Source of the DNA: Sphyrna mokarran
Lineage: Eukaryota
Direction of reading: 5' to 3'
Assembly (NCBI GenBank): GCA_024679065.1
Contig: JAGIQG010000003.1
Coordinates: 40,362,001 to 40,426,000 of the forward strand
Length of the DNA: 64,000 nucleotides
Position numbers and translations under genes: made by a program. Below, piece after piece: positions 25,088 to 37,139 of this stretch (positions within the stretch are counted from its first letter, which is position 1; each line of letters opens with the position of its first letter). The notes beneath the pieces were generated by a model that was given only the letters and a program-made list of their open reading frames with translations, was not told the origin of the DNA and searched no databases.

Positions 25088-26199
25088 AGACCTTGTTCCA
25101 GTTCGTCTTACAAATTTACTCTTGTCCATGCACTTCTTGCCACATACTCTGCAGGGGCACCATCAGGTTGTAGACCACATGGGGACCATGAACCTTGACT
25201 GTTATCCGGGTGCACTATCTCCTGCCAAAGTCAGTCCAGCCCAATGGGCATCCATAGGGAGAATCAAGGCCAGCTGGATACCTCCGGGGCCTCCTCTCAG
25301 GACACCGGATGTGCAATCGTTTCTGCCTATAACTCCTTCCACTCAAGCTGCTCAGGCAGCTGAGGGCACTTCTACCCTGAGCAAGAAATCATCATTAGGC
25401 TGGAGTCCTCCAGACCTTGGGCTACTAGAGAATGCCTGCCAAGTTCATTAAAAGCTTCAGAATATAGCAGTCAGCAGGCTGCTTCCAACTTTGCTGCAGA
25501 TATTAGAATTGGAATCAGGCATAGTGGTAAGGTTAGGGAAATAAAAGCACTCTGATGTCACCAGTGTGAATTGCATTTTTGCAAATATATTTGCAAATAC
25601 ATACTTATATATATATATATAAGTATGTGAATATTTTGGTCAACTGAAAGCATTGCAATTTGTACATTGGAATCCTCTTAGGTAGAGGTTAGCGATCCTC
25701 CCACTCAGTAATAGTGCTACGCTGTGAAAATAACATGTAGTAACAGCAGTGTTCACATCATTATCTGGTGGTGAAAACTTTGAGTCTTTTGCATTGTTCT
25801 TGTTCCTCAATGGACTCTCAGTTCCCAGAGTGAGCTTATTCACGGTGCATTGTGAACTGAAGCTGAGATCTTTGCCTAATGACTCATGAGACCAGAATAT
25901 GCAAATGTGAATGTAGGACATGTTCTCGCTGAAGTGGCTGGACAATTGCTGAGATGAAAGGGCAATGGCATTTAGAACTAGCAAAAAAGATATGACCGTA
26001 TGCCTTCATTTAATGTTACTCTTCTTGGATCCCGGCAGCAGTTAAACTATTGCAAGCATGTTTCCCTTAGCTTTCTTTCTTTATGGCATAATTGCACTCA
26101 CATTGACCCTCAGCAGCCTCCTGAGCTTCCTGGCATTCCCTATCCTGATCCTCTAATAAGCTCTCACCTTCCTCTAGTTCACCTTCTGGCAAGGGATCA

Positions 26200-26800
26200 C
26201 CTCTTTGCGTTGCGAGATTGTGAGGGACACAACACACTGCAATGATGTTGGAGACCTTATTGGGAGTGTATTGAAGTGAACCACCTGAGCAGTTCAGGCA
26301 TCTGAAGTGTATCTTCAGAAGCCGGATGATCTCTTCTATAAAGGAACATGTGGGGCAGTGAGCAGAGATATGTTCTCCTCTGAAGGTGACACACTGGAGA
26401 CATCAGTCGTTGTTTCAGTGGGAACCAAATGGCCATTCTTGCAGACATACTGACCGCTCAATATCTCAGGCACCTGGGAAAATCATAGAATCCCTATAGT
26501 GCAGAAGGAAGCCATTCAGTCTATCCAGCCAGCACCGAAAGCAATCCCACCCAGACCCTATCATCATAACCCCACATATTTACCCTGCTAATGCCCTGAC
26601 ACTAAGGGGCAATTTAACATGGCCAATCAACTTAGTCTGCACACCTTGAGACTGTGGGAAGAAACTGGAGCACCCATGCAGACACAGGGAGAATGTGCAA
26701 ATGCCACACGGACAGTTGCCTGAGGTCAGAATTAAACCCTGGTGTTGTGAATCAGGATGTAGAAATCATGGCAATACCCAGAGTACAATGCACAAATGTG
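26200..26800 (-). pseudogene. Harbinger (HARBI1-like) DDE transposase remnant, split by a SINE
   Basis: HICALYSGYCHDFYILIH|SQVPEI, FPLKQRLMSPV, AH..T...IEEIIRLLKIHFRCLNCSGGSLQYTPNKVSNIIAVCCVPHNLA. Confidence 0.85.
26484..26745 (-). mobile_element. HE1-type V-SINE inserted in the transposase
   Basis: catagaatccctatagtgcagaagg ... agaattaaaccctgg. Confidence 0.85.
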
Positions 26801-28419
26801 CAGTGTGTGCTACCCGACAGATGGAATACATCCTGCTCCCAATGATTCTCCTGCTGTACTGCCCTGTATACACTGGACTGTCTCCTATCTCTGATATTTG
26901 ACAATGAGATCCATTTAGCCTCTAGGTTGCTGGAAATCTGTGACTCCTTTTCACATCATCACAGAAATGCCAGTGCTCTGTGACTCCTGATTGCATGCCC
27001 CATATCAATGATTTGGACTTTGACAATATTCCCCATTGCCATAACGAGTAAGGTCTACAATATCCCCCCTCAAACCATCCTCCCACCTTCAGAGTTTCCA
27101 TATTTCTCAACCTTGCATAGCTATCCCTGCTATCCCTGAAATAGCTATTGTTGTATCGCTGTTGCCCTGCTCATCTTCACCTTTCCCCCTCTCACAGACC
27201 TTGTACATCCTTTCTTCCCTGTTGCATCACTTGTGTTCATCATCCCCAGCCTCCCCTCACATCCTACCCCCAATCTGAAACGTGAATTTGTGAAAATTGA
27301 GTTCTGCCTGAGTACCACTGCACAGTGATGCCTTGTGGATGATGGTGTCAGCCAGTGAGACCAGAAGATCCCTGCACTCAATAACTGCTGCCGTAGTACT
27401 GACTAGTATCTGAAAGTGGATGGATGTTGGAGCACAATAGTATCTACCTGAATAATATCAGCAAAGAGCAAGAGCAAAATAGCCTCAGCAGTGTGCTTTC
27501 ATCACGACAGAAGTGGAGCAGTGTTGTGGTAGATAGGCTACGCATGTTCCATTCATCTTGAAGTCAGAAGTGAATTAGGGTCCAACTTATGCACACCACA
27601 CATTTTCAAATGAGTGTGAGACTGACATAATATTCCACTGGTATGGTAAACGATTGGAAGACATGAGGAGATTTCAGTGAGCAGTTGTTTTAATGTCCAT
27701 TTGTTTATGAATGTTGTTTATGTCCATGCAAATGGCAGATATGCCATTAGGCAGCGAGATACCCAATCCTTCCATTAACCCACCACTGGGAGAATTGCAA
27801 ACTGCGTCTACACTGGTGGGTTCCTGACTTTCTGCCTACTTATGGATTCTTCACTTCCACCTGCCTTAAGACCCTCTGGAAGTGGAATGAAATAATTTCA
27901 CCCTGTGTTTCTCTGATAAACTTCTGTGGTTGGGCAAAGGAAGACAATAAGTCTAACTAAAAGCTTCCTGACAACTTAAGGCTGTACATCATCTGCCTCC
28001 TGTGCCAATTTTTTCAAATCATATGTAATGCTTTGGACATAAATCTCTTATTGCAATTCTCTATCTGGAGAATGAATATTCAGAGATATGCCACATGGGT
28101 GGATTTGTATTTCAGTTGCTCTATGAGAATCTGTTCTTATACTCTCTTCATGTATACAGAACCAGCTTCTGGACATGTCCAAAAACACCTACATTTTAGA
28201 GACTAATATTCCTGCATTGTGGCTTGAGAGGATGAGGTGGAGGTTATAGATTTTGTAGTTGTGTTGAAATTATATATCAGAAACTGCTTCCAAGCAGCCA
28301 TTAAAATTTTGGTCGTATCTCCCAATCTTTGGTGTTCAGTTGAGACATGCAATTCATTGACACTTTATTTGCCACAGCTTACTGCAAAGCATCCACAGCA
28401 GCAGTTATTATAGCATAAG

Positions 28420-29278
28420 GCAACATTCCCCTCCAACTCAATTTTCAAGTTTGCTGATGACATCACCTTAGTGGGTCGAATCTCAGATGATGAGAGGGAG
28501 TACAGGAAAGAGATGGAGAATCTGGTGAACTGGCGTGATGACAATAATCTTTTCCTCAATGTCAATAAAATGAAGAGATAATCATTGACTTCAGGAAGCA
28601 CAGTGGAGGACACGCTCCTGTCTACATCAATGGGCGTGAAGTAGAAATGATCGAAAGCATCAAAGTTCTAGGTGTCTAGATCACTAACAACCTGTCCTGA
28701 TCCCCTCATGGCGAAACTATAGTTAAGAAAGCATGCCAATGCCTCTACTTTCTCAGGAGATGAAGGAAATTTGGTATATCCATAACAATTCTCACCAACT
28801 CTTACAGATGCACCAGAGAAAGTATTATTTCTGGTTGTATCACAGCTTGATATGGCTCTTGCTCTGTCCAAGATTGCAAAAACGACAAGGATCATGAATG
28901 AAGCCCAGACCATCACTTAAACCAGCCTCCCATCCATTGACACTGTCTACACTTCACACTGCCTTGGAAAAGCAGCCAGCATAATTAAGGACCTCATGTT
29001 TCCCAGACATACTCTCTTCCACTTTCTTCCGTCTGAGGACATGTACCAACCTCCAATGCAAGAACAGCTTCTTCCCTGCTGCCTTCAGACTTTTGAATGG
29101 ACCTATCTTGCATTAAGTTGAGCTTTCTCTATACCCTAGCTATAATCATAACACTACATTCTGCACTCTCTCTTTTCCTTCTCTATGAATGATATACTTT
29201 GTCTGTATAGTGCGCAAGAAACAATACTTTTCACTGCATGTTAATACACATGACAATAATCAATCAAATCAAATCAAA
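28420..29278 (+). mobile_element. Rex1/Babar-type LINE, 3' fragment
   Basis: FKFADDITLVGRISDDEREYRKEMENLVNW; (aatca)n tail. Confidence 0.85.
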
Positions 29279-30340
29279 GATTCCCCAGAGGATCAAGTCT
29301 ATCGATTCATATGTCAGTACGTGTGATTATGCACAATGCTATTTTATTAGAGCAAAGAAAAACCTACTACTCTGTATAAGTGAATGCTTGTCATTATGGC
29401 AGCTCTGAGAAATTCTTCTCAGAGAATACCCAAGGATACAAACTGCGACACTGACTCACTGTAAATCAAGGTCAATGAAAGATCTAACAAAAAATACAAT
29501 GTGATGTATGATTTCACTCAAATATCTCTCAGTACGTTAGCATTCTTAAGCAGTGAATCAATGTTATGACAAATTGTTTGAACAATTTACTTGGCCAAGG
29601 TCTCTGTGACTGTTGCATTTTATTGTATTTTCAATGGTGTCTTACAAATGGAAAGGCTATGGAAAATGTTGGAAAAGATAACAGCCAATAAGCAGCAACT
29701 AGCATTGCGGCATATTTCAATTTCATTCAATGCAATTTTTATTAACTTTTATCTTGTATGGTGCAGGAATTTTAAGTGCATTTTGCCCTTCTTAATGAAA
29801 ATATAGAGCATATATTTTCTAATTCCTAGTCCTTGTTCCTTCAAAGTGTAAGCCCAATATCAGATGGAGTGAGGTGGACGTCTGCTAGTCTACATCTAGA
29901 AATGGGAGAGGCACAGTTTCTGCTTTGTTTGTATCATTAGATGGCCCAGAAATAGTAGGGACCACAGGGATTTATTGTACACTGTCTAGGTCTTTCGTCA
30001 TTAGGGTGGGGTAGCTGGAAGGAACATAGGTGGTAGGACATCTCCATTATTCATGCCAACTTTTGTGATCCTCCTATTGCTCCATTAGCAAGTCTGCAAA
30101 TTATATTTCTGAAACTTAAGTGACAAAAATTGCTTCTGAGTGAAGGAACTCCACTCAGGTGAAATATATTCCATCTCCATTCCCCATTCTCCCTCAGCAA
30201 AATGGTGGATGCTGGTTACAATCATGGAATTTCTGGATTTGGACCCTGGTGTCATTTTTTGCGAAGGTGTGGAATCTTTCTGTCTCTACAATAATTCAGT
30301 CCTCTATCTCTGCAGCTCAGAATCACACAGTGACGCCACA

Positions 30341-30479
30341 GGATAGCATGGTGGTGCAGTGGTTAACACTGCTGCTCACAGCACTAGGATCTAAGGATAG
30401 GGCCTGGGTCAGATTGTGATCAGTGCAAATACGATGGGTAAAATGTCCTCCTTCTCCACTGTGGGGATTCTTGATTCTA
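30341..30479 (+). mobile_element. Internally deleted HE1 SINE
   Basis: tRNA head joined directly to ggatagggcctggg...gattcttgattcta tail. Confidence 0.7.
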
Positions 30480-30900
30480 AGAAATCTTTTGGCTCATCGA
30501 GTCTGCACCAACATGTGAGAAACAACTGACCTGTCTACTTAATCCCCTTTACCTGCACTTGACCCATAGCCTTGATTGTTATGATGTGCCAAGTACTCAT
30601 TCAGGTACATTTTAAAGATTGTGAGACAACCCAGCTCCACAACCCTCACAGGCAACGCATTCAAAACTGTCATCACCGCCCCCCTGTAGAAAGGATTTTC
30701 CTCATATCCCCCCAAACCTTGTGTCCCTCACCTTGAACTTGTGTCCCCTTGTCACTGACTTTTCAACTAAGAGGAACAGCTGTTCCCTATACACTCTGTC
30801 CATGCCCCTCATAATCTTGTACATCTCGATCAGGTCACCTCTCAATCTTCGGTCCACTGAAAACAATTGATGTCTATCCAATATCTCTTCATAATTTAAA
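30480..30900 (-). mobile_element. CR1 LINE 3' fragment
   Basis: [20 protein letters not shown]...TRGHKFKVR. Confidence 0.85.
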
Positions 30901-30971
30901 TTCCCAGCTCCTCTCATATTCTTATGTTACCCCATGGTCCAATTGTGCTCTTTCTGAACTCCTGCCCCCTC

Positions 30972-31240
30972 ATAGATCATAGAATCCCTACAGTACAGAA
31001 GCAGGTCATTCAGCCCATCGAGTCTCTACCGACCACAATCCCACCCAGATCCTAATCCCATAACTCCACGTATTTACCCTACTAATCCCCCTGACAATAG
31101 GATCAATTTAGCATGGCCAATCAACCTAACCTGCACATCTTTGGAAACCTACGCAGACATAAGAGAACATGCAAACTCCACACAGGCAGTGACGCAAGGA
31201 TGGAATTGAACCCGGGTCCCTTGCGCAGCGAGGCAGCAGC
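30972..31240 (-). mobile_element. HE1-type V-SINE
   Basis: catagaatccctacagt tail; ggaattgaacccgggtccc B-box (reverse). Confidence 0.85.
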
Positions 31241-32059
31241 AATGAAAAAGACCATCCCTCTCCTTAACATCTCTTGAAACAAGACCTCCGGATTGTGCCA
31301 CTGTATATAAGCCTTTGTGTTTTGGCTTCAGTTGCAGGTCAGTTTGCAAGCTGAACAGAAACTCTTTAAGAATGGCTGATACTCAATATTCTGCTCCTGA
31401 TCCTGTGGAGCTGCTGATAGCATGCACTAATTGCTGAGATTGCCAGATTTCTATTCTAATGAGCTGACATAGCATCATAGCAAGAGATCAGCAGGATGCA
31501 CCATGGGAGAGCACAGGGTCAAATGAGCACCACGCCAGGTGCATTATCCACCTCTTGTTTATTCATGGCCAACCACTGTGCAAGGAACTTAATGAACATC
31601 AGTGAAAAGATTGCTTTCAATATCCTGGTCAAAATCAACAGCAAATTCCCATAAGTGAAAATAATAAAGTTTAATAAAATAGAATGCTTGGTCAGTGAAA
31701 ATCTCTGTTCTGCAATAATGCTTTTGTCACCTTAGTGACCAGTAACTGTCATGTCCTACTCAGAATTTGTGGGGTAATTTGAACTTGAACTAATAAATGG
31801 ATGATATTGAATAGTTTGCTCATTTCCTATGGTGAATGGAGGAGAAAGCTGAATAGTGTGTACAAATTCCTCCCTTTGTCTGGACTTTTTAAAATAAGTA
31901 AGTCATGTGAAATGTAATTGAGGTATGAGATGTCTTATAATAAAACCAGTGTGTACTGCAGGAAATACGCTATTAAGGCACAGAGTGGATACAGATGGTA
32001 TGCTGGCAACAGAAGCTGCAATGTGATCAAATATACTATTCATCAATTAGCAGAAACAT

Positions 32060-33030
32060 AGAAATTATAAACAAGAGGATACTCATGCCCGTGCTGGTGC
32101 TATTTCTTCAACTGTGTGACATCAAGGAGCTCAAGCAAAACTTGAGTCAATGGGAATTGGAGCTCATAGGATCCAAAATGGCAGATGTACACTGATGATT
32201 GCACAATTTTCACTGTTATTCTTGACTTAATGGATACTAAAGCAGTCCATCGCCATATGCAGTAAGAATTGGACAGCATTCAGATTTGGGTTGATCATTG
32301 GAAGTAGCATTCATGCCATACAAATGCCAGCAATGACTATTTCTAACAAGAGAGAAACTAACTATCACCTTTTGACATTTAATGCCATTACCATCACTGG
32401 ATCCCGCACTATCAACATTCTAGGGATTATTATTGATCAGAAACTGAACTGGATCAGCAACATAAATACGATGGCTAGAAGAGAAGGTCAGAGGCTGGGA
32501 ACTTTGCACAGTAACTCACCTCCTGAATCCCAAAGGCCTGTCCACCATCTACAAGGCATTAGTCAGGCATGAGTTACTTGAATAAGTGCAACTCCAACAC
32601 ACATGAAGCTCAAAGCCTTCCAGGACAAAGCACCTGTTTGATTGGCACCCCAACCACCACCTTCAACATCCAGTCCCTCCAACACTGTCACACATTGGCA
32701 GCAGTGTCCACTATTTACAAGATGCATTGCAGCAACTCATCAAGTTTCATTCAACTGCACTTTTCAAACCCATGAGCTCTACCACCAAAAAGGACAAGGA
32801 CAGCAAATACATGGGAACAACACCATCTTAAGATACCTCCTGCCCCCAAGTTACATCTCATCCTGATTTGGAACTATAACGTTGTTTCTTCATTGTCACA
32901 ATATCAAAATCTTTGAACACCCTGCCTCCTAGCAGTGCTTCAAGAAGGTAGCTCACCACTAGCTTCTCAGGGGAATGAGGGATGGGCAATAAAAATGCTG
33001 GGTTGGCCAGAGCCATCCATATCCCATGCA
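32060..33030 (+). mobile_element. L2/CR1-group LINE 3' fragment (tail partner of the SINE at 22411)
   Basis: MTISNKRE..HLLTFNAITITGSRTINILGIIIDQKLNW; tail ggatgggcaataaaaatgctgg. Confidence 0.75.
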
Positions 33031-33121
33031 TGTCTTTTAAACTGGATCTATCTATTCTATTCCCACTTTCTGCTATCTGCTCAAATGTTTTCATATTCTG
33101 CATTATTATATTAATGTATTT

Positions 33122-33272
33122 CATAGAATTCTGCTATTCAGAAGAATGCCATTCAGCCCATCAAGCCTGCACCACCAACAGTCCCACCTAGGCTCTATCC
33201 CCATTATCCCACTTATTTGACACTGCTTATCTCTCTGATACTAAGGGGCAGTTTAGCATGGTCAATCCACCC
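33122..33272 (-). mobile_element. HE1 SINE 3' fragment
   Basis: catagaattc...gccattcagcccatcaag...ctaaggggcagtttagcatgg. Confidence 0.7.
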
Positions 33273-33643
33273 CTTGGTACCAATGTTTTATTGATTTGTA
33301 TGTAATAGCTCATCAGGTATGTATAAAATTATTTGACTCCATCTGAAGGGTGTAAATGAATGTTCTAGAGCCCTTGTTCAGAGAGTAAGCCAGTTGAACT
33401 GGCAACTGTTACTGGTGCAGTTATACTGTTATCATTGTGTTAAAAGTGTAGAAGTGCTAATGTAACTCAAGACCTGGATCTCAATTTAAGAACAAGTATT
33501 GACAGGCTAAATTCAAATGGCCCAAGACCCTTTCTGAAACCATCTTACAATGGTTCTCAACATTATACATTTTATTTAATGTCAAAAGAAAATTTATGTT
33601 TCCACTCATCTTTTTCCAACATTAAAGAATCTCTACCCAGAAA

Positions 33644-34330
33644 ACATAAGAACAGAAATATATAATTCAGCCATCTAGCCTGTTCTACCATTCAGTCATA
33701 TCTATACCTCAACTCCATTGTTCTATGTCCCCTAATACTTTTCTCTACAAAAAACTGTCAATTTTGTCTTGAAAATTTCAATCAATTCAACAGCCTTTTG
33801 GGAGAATAAGTCCCAGATTTCTACTACTCTTTGTGAAAAAAATACATCCTGATTTCATTCCTAATTGATCTTGCTCTATTTTTAAGTTTATGTCCTCTTG
33901 GCTTGAGTTCCCCACAAGAGGAAATAGCTTCCTTGCATCTAACCTATTAAATCTCTTAATCTTTGCAAGTGTCTCAATTGGACGATCCTTCAACCTAAAT
34001 ACAAGGAAATCAAAGCCAACTTAATGCAACCTTTCTGCATAATTTATCAGTTTAAATATCAGTATTATTTTGGGGAATCTGTGGGGAACCCTCCCAAGGC
34101 CAATTTACCTTTCCTGAGGTTTGATACTCAGAATGAGCATTATATTCTAGATGGGGTCATTCTGATGTCTGAAACAACTGAAGTAACATTTCCTCACTTT
34201 TGAATTCTAACTTCTTGAAATAAAGGCAAACATTTCATTAGCCTTTTTGATCACTTTTTCCTGTACACTAGCTTCTATTAGATTCAGATGTATAAGGACA
34301 ATAGCATGCATGTCACAATATCTTTGGTCT
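33644..34330 (-). mobile_element. Old CR1 LINE 3' fragment
   Basis: acataagaacagaa tail; IETLAKIKRFNRLDARKLFPLVG. Confidence 0.7.
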
Positions 34331-34745
34331 TCTATAATTCACTGCTAAGAAAATATTCTGACTTTTTCATCCTTGTTTGAATTCCCCATGAATTTGATTC
34401 TTTCAATCCGAGTGTGATATTTCACCCACATTCCTATGCAGCAAATATTAGACACATTTTTGTTTTCTATCTGATCCCCTTCAACCAGCTCTGGGCAGAT
34501 TCAAAACACTGGCCGTGATATTCAATGGTATCCAAGAAAAGCCTGCAACCTGATTTTTACAATAGCTTCCTTGGCATCCTTTGTCATAGCAACATTAATC
34601 TCACGGGCCTTGTATTTAGGGAGAAATTCTAATTAGCTATCCTAGACAGCTAAACTCTCTCTTAGATTGGAACTAAATGGGCAGTTTAAAGGACAATTGC
34701 ACACAACCTGACATTCTCAAAACTTTTCTGGGATTTTAAAGACTA

Positions 34746-34899
34746 CAGTAAGAAGTCTCACAATACTGGATTAAAGTCCAATATATTTATTTAGTAGCAA
34801 AAGCCACTAGCCTCTGACCCTTCGTCAGGTGAGTGAGAGTTCTGATGACAAACAGGGGATATAAAACTTTACCCCAGTCCTACGCTGGCATCTCCACAT
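34746..34899 (-). mobile_element. Penelope-like short element
   Basis: cagtaagaagtctcacaa..ttaaagtccaa..., reverse CTGACGA at 34822-34828, ttaccccagtcc.acgctggcatctccaca. Confidence 0.65.
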
Positions 34900-35283
34900 T
34901 TTGGAGACTAATAGGCAGCTGTTATTGTCTCCAGGTGTAAATACCTTGCACCTGCTTCCCAGTTAAAAGAATACAAGCCTCCCTTTGATCTCTCGCAATC
35001 AAACCACATCTGTCAGGCAAATGTCAGAATAGACCACGGGACTCCTTTTTCTCAATAAAATGAAATTCACTGTCCTAAAATGTGAGAATCTTATAAACCT
35101 CATAATTGTAAAGCTTAAATATCCCTTGTCAGTTTTTTTTTCATATTTCCTTTTTGTTTTCTTTGCATCCCTCTTTTGCCTTTCCTTGTTCTTCCAGTCT
35201 GTCATGTTTCTTTTCTCATTTAATTTGAGCCTTTTAGCATGATGGTAACTTCCTCATTTATGGACTACACTCTTAAAACTTTT

Positions 35284-36272
35284 GGAGGAAGTTCTCCTGG
35301 CCCATCAGTGGAGCCGTTTAGCAGACTGTCATTGGGCACCATGACCTCTGGGAGCCTCCAGCCCATTTTTTTGGAGTCATCAGCTCTAAACTGGAAACTG
35401 GTGCGGAGCTGATTTAAATATTAAAATTTAAATTTAAATATCATTTGCAGGCCTGGGACCAAAGTCTCCAGACCCTCTACTAAATGCCCACCCCAACCCT
35501 CCCCATTCTCCCACCTTCGCCAGGAGAGGCTCTCTCCAGTGGGGGTTTACACTAGTTCCTCACTCATGGGAAACTGGCCATGCCTGCTGGAGGGAACAGA
35601 GGTCTCTGAGGCTCCTCCAGGAGATCAGGAGTAAGGTGGGGTTCACCCTGAGCACTGCCAGCCTGGCAGTGCCAGCCTGGTCCCCTTGCATTGAACAATG
35701 GGACACCTTAGCACTGTCTAGCGGGTATCAGGTAGTGCCAAGGGTGTGGGCAAGGGGAGAGGTGCAAATGGAGAGGGTGGGGCCTATTGGATGGGTGAGG
35801 GTGAGGAGTCCTAGTGACAGAGAGAGAAAGGAGGTGATCAAGTCTGATGGGGGAATGGTCAGGGCTGTCTGGGGGGACCAGGACTGCCACTTAGCAGGGC
35901 ACGGGGTGGGGGTGAGGGGGGGTGGGGGGTGGGGGGGGGAGGTTGCGATGGGTTGGCAAGATCGGTGCTGGCTGGGGGTTGTCAGGACATTGAGTTTGGC
36001 CATAGAGGTCTGGGAGTACAGTGATTAGGAAGTGGGTGGGTCGCAGGAGCAGTGATCTGGAGGCCGGCAGTGTGGGGCTACTGCACACGGGCCCAACTCT
36101 GCCCTAAAAGATCAGCACATGCTCAATGGGGACAGGCCTCATTCACTGATCTTCAATGTGAACATTGCTAGTGCACTTTGCAGTGCTTGGACTGTGGGAG
36201 ATTCATTTAGAAAATCACACTAAAAAAACCAGCGGGAGTGTTTTAAAACACTTTTTTAGGAGAATCATCCCC
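35284..36272. mobile_element. Non-autonomous Harbinger-like DNA element
   Basis: TIRs ggaggaagttctcc / ggagaatcatcccc, flanked by a TTT 3-bp direct repeat; same internal motifs as 9476-10454. Confidence 0.65.
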
Positions 36273-37139
36273 TTTGTCTTTAAGGAGTATATACTGGTTT
36301 TGTATTGTATCAAATACTTGGCATGATAATTAAGTTTTATTCTTTTGGTATGGAACTATGTGCCTCCAGTATCATTGCCAATTCTTACTTTTATTATTTA
36401 TCCACTTTCTCCATAATTCTCCAAACTCACATTTCAAAGCTTGCTAGATTATGTATAATTACATAGAATTTACAACACAGATTTCAGGCCTCCTATTTTC
36501 TCTGCATCCTGTACTACACTCACCACAGTTGATATCAAACAACACACTAATCTTTCCTTGTTTATTTGTAAGATTACCAATTCAGTCTAGTTTAATATGG
36601 CTATTGCATGAGTCATCCTTTTAAAATTTGCCTTACTTAAGTTTAAAATCTTGTTTTGTAATTCTGCCTTCTCCTTCTTGAAGCCAGTGACAAATTAAAT
36701 TATGTATGGTTCCTATTTGGAACCTGTCCCTTATCATCAGATTATTAACTAATTCAGGTTCCTTATTCAGTTAATTCATCCATTGTTGATAACATATAAA
36801 ATATGTTGTTCTGGTAAATTGTGCCAATTCTAAAAAATCATTGCTTTTAGCATTTGAACTGTTTTGTTTCATTTTGTCTGTAAAAAAAATTAAAATCTCT
36901 CAATGTACTGCAACATGTTTCACTGGTCTCTATTTATACATTCATCACTACATTGCTATTGTCAAAAGATCTACCAATGTGTAATACTCTCTGTAAACAC
37001 TGGACTCTGACTAGTACCTACAAAACAGCAAAAATTAGGTTGCAAGATCAATTGTTGAGCTGATGATGTGACATTTCCTATACGTTGATGGCCATGTTGA
37101 AGTCAATGTTTCCTAACCTCACTTTCTTTTTCTTTGTTC

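Larger units (their letters stand above)
21805..27903. mobile_element. PIF/Harbinger DNA transposon fossil with convergent Myb-like and transposase ORFs and nested insertions
   Basis: Imperfect TIRs ggattgaattttccat / atgaaataatttcaccc; both ORF remnants recognisable. Confidence 0.7.
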
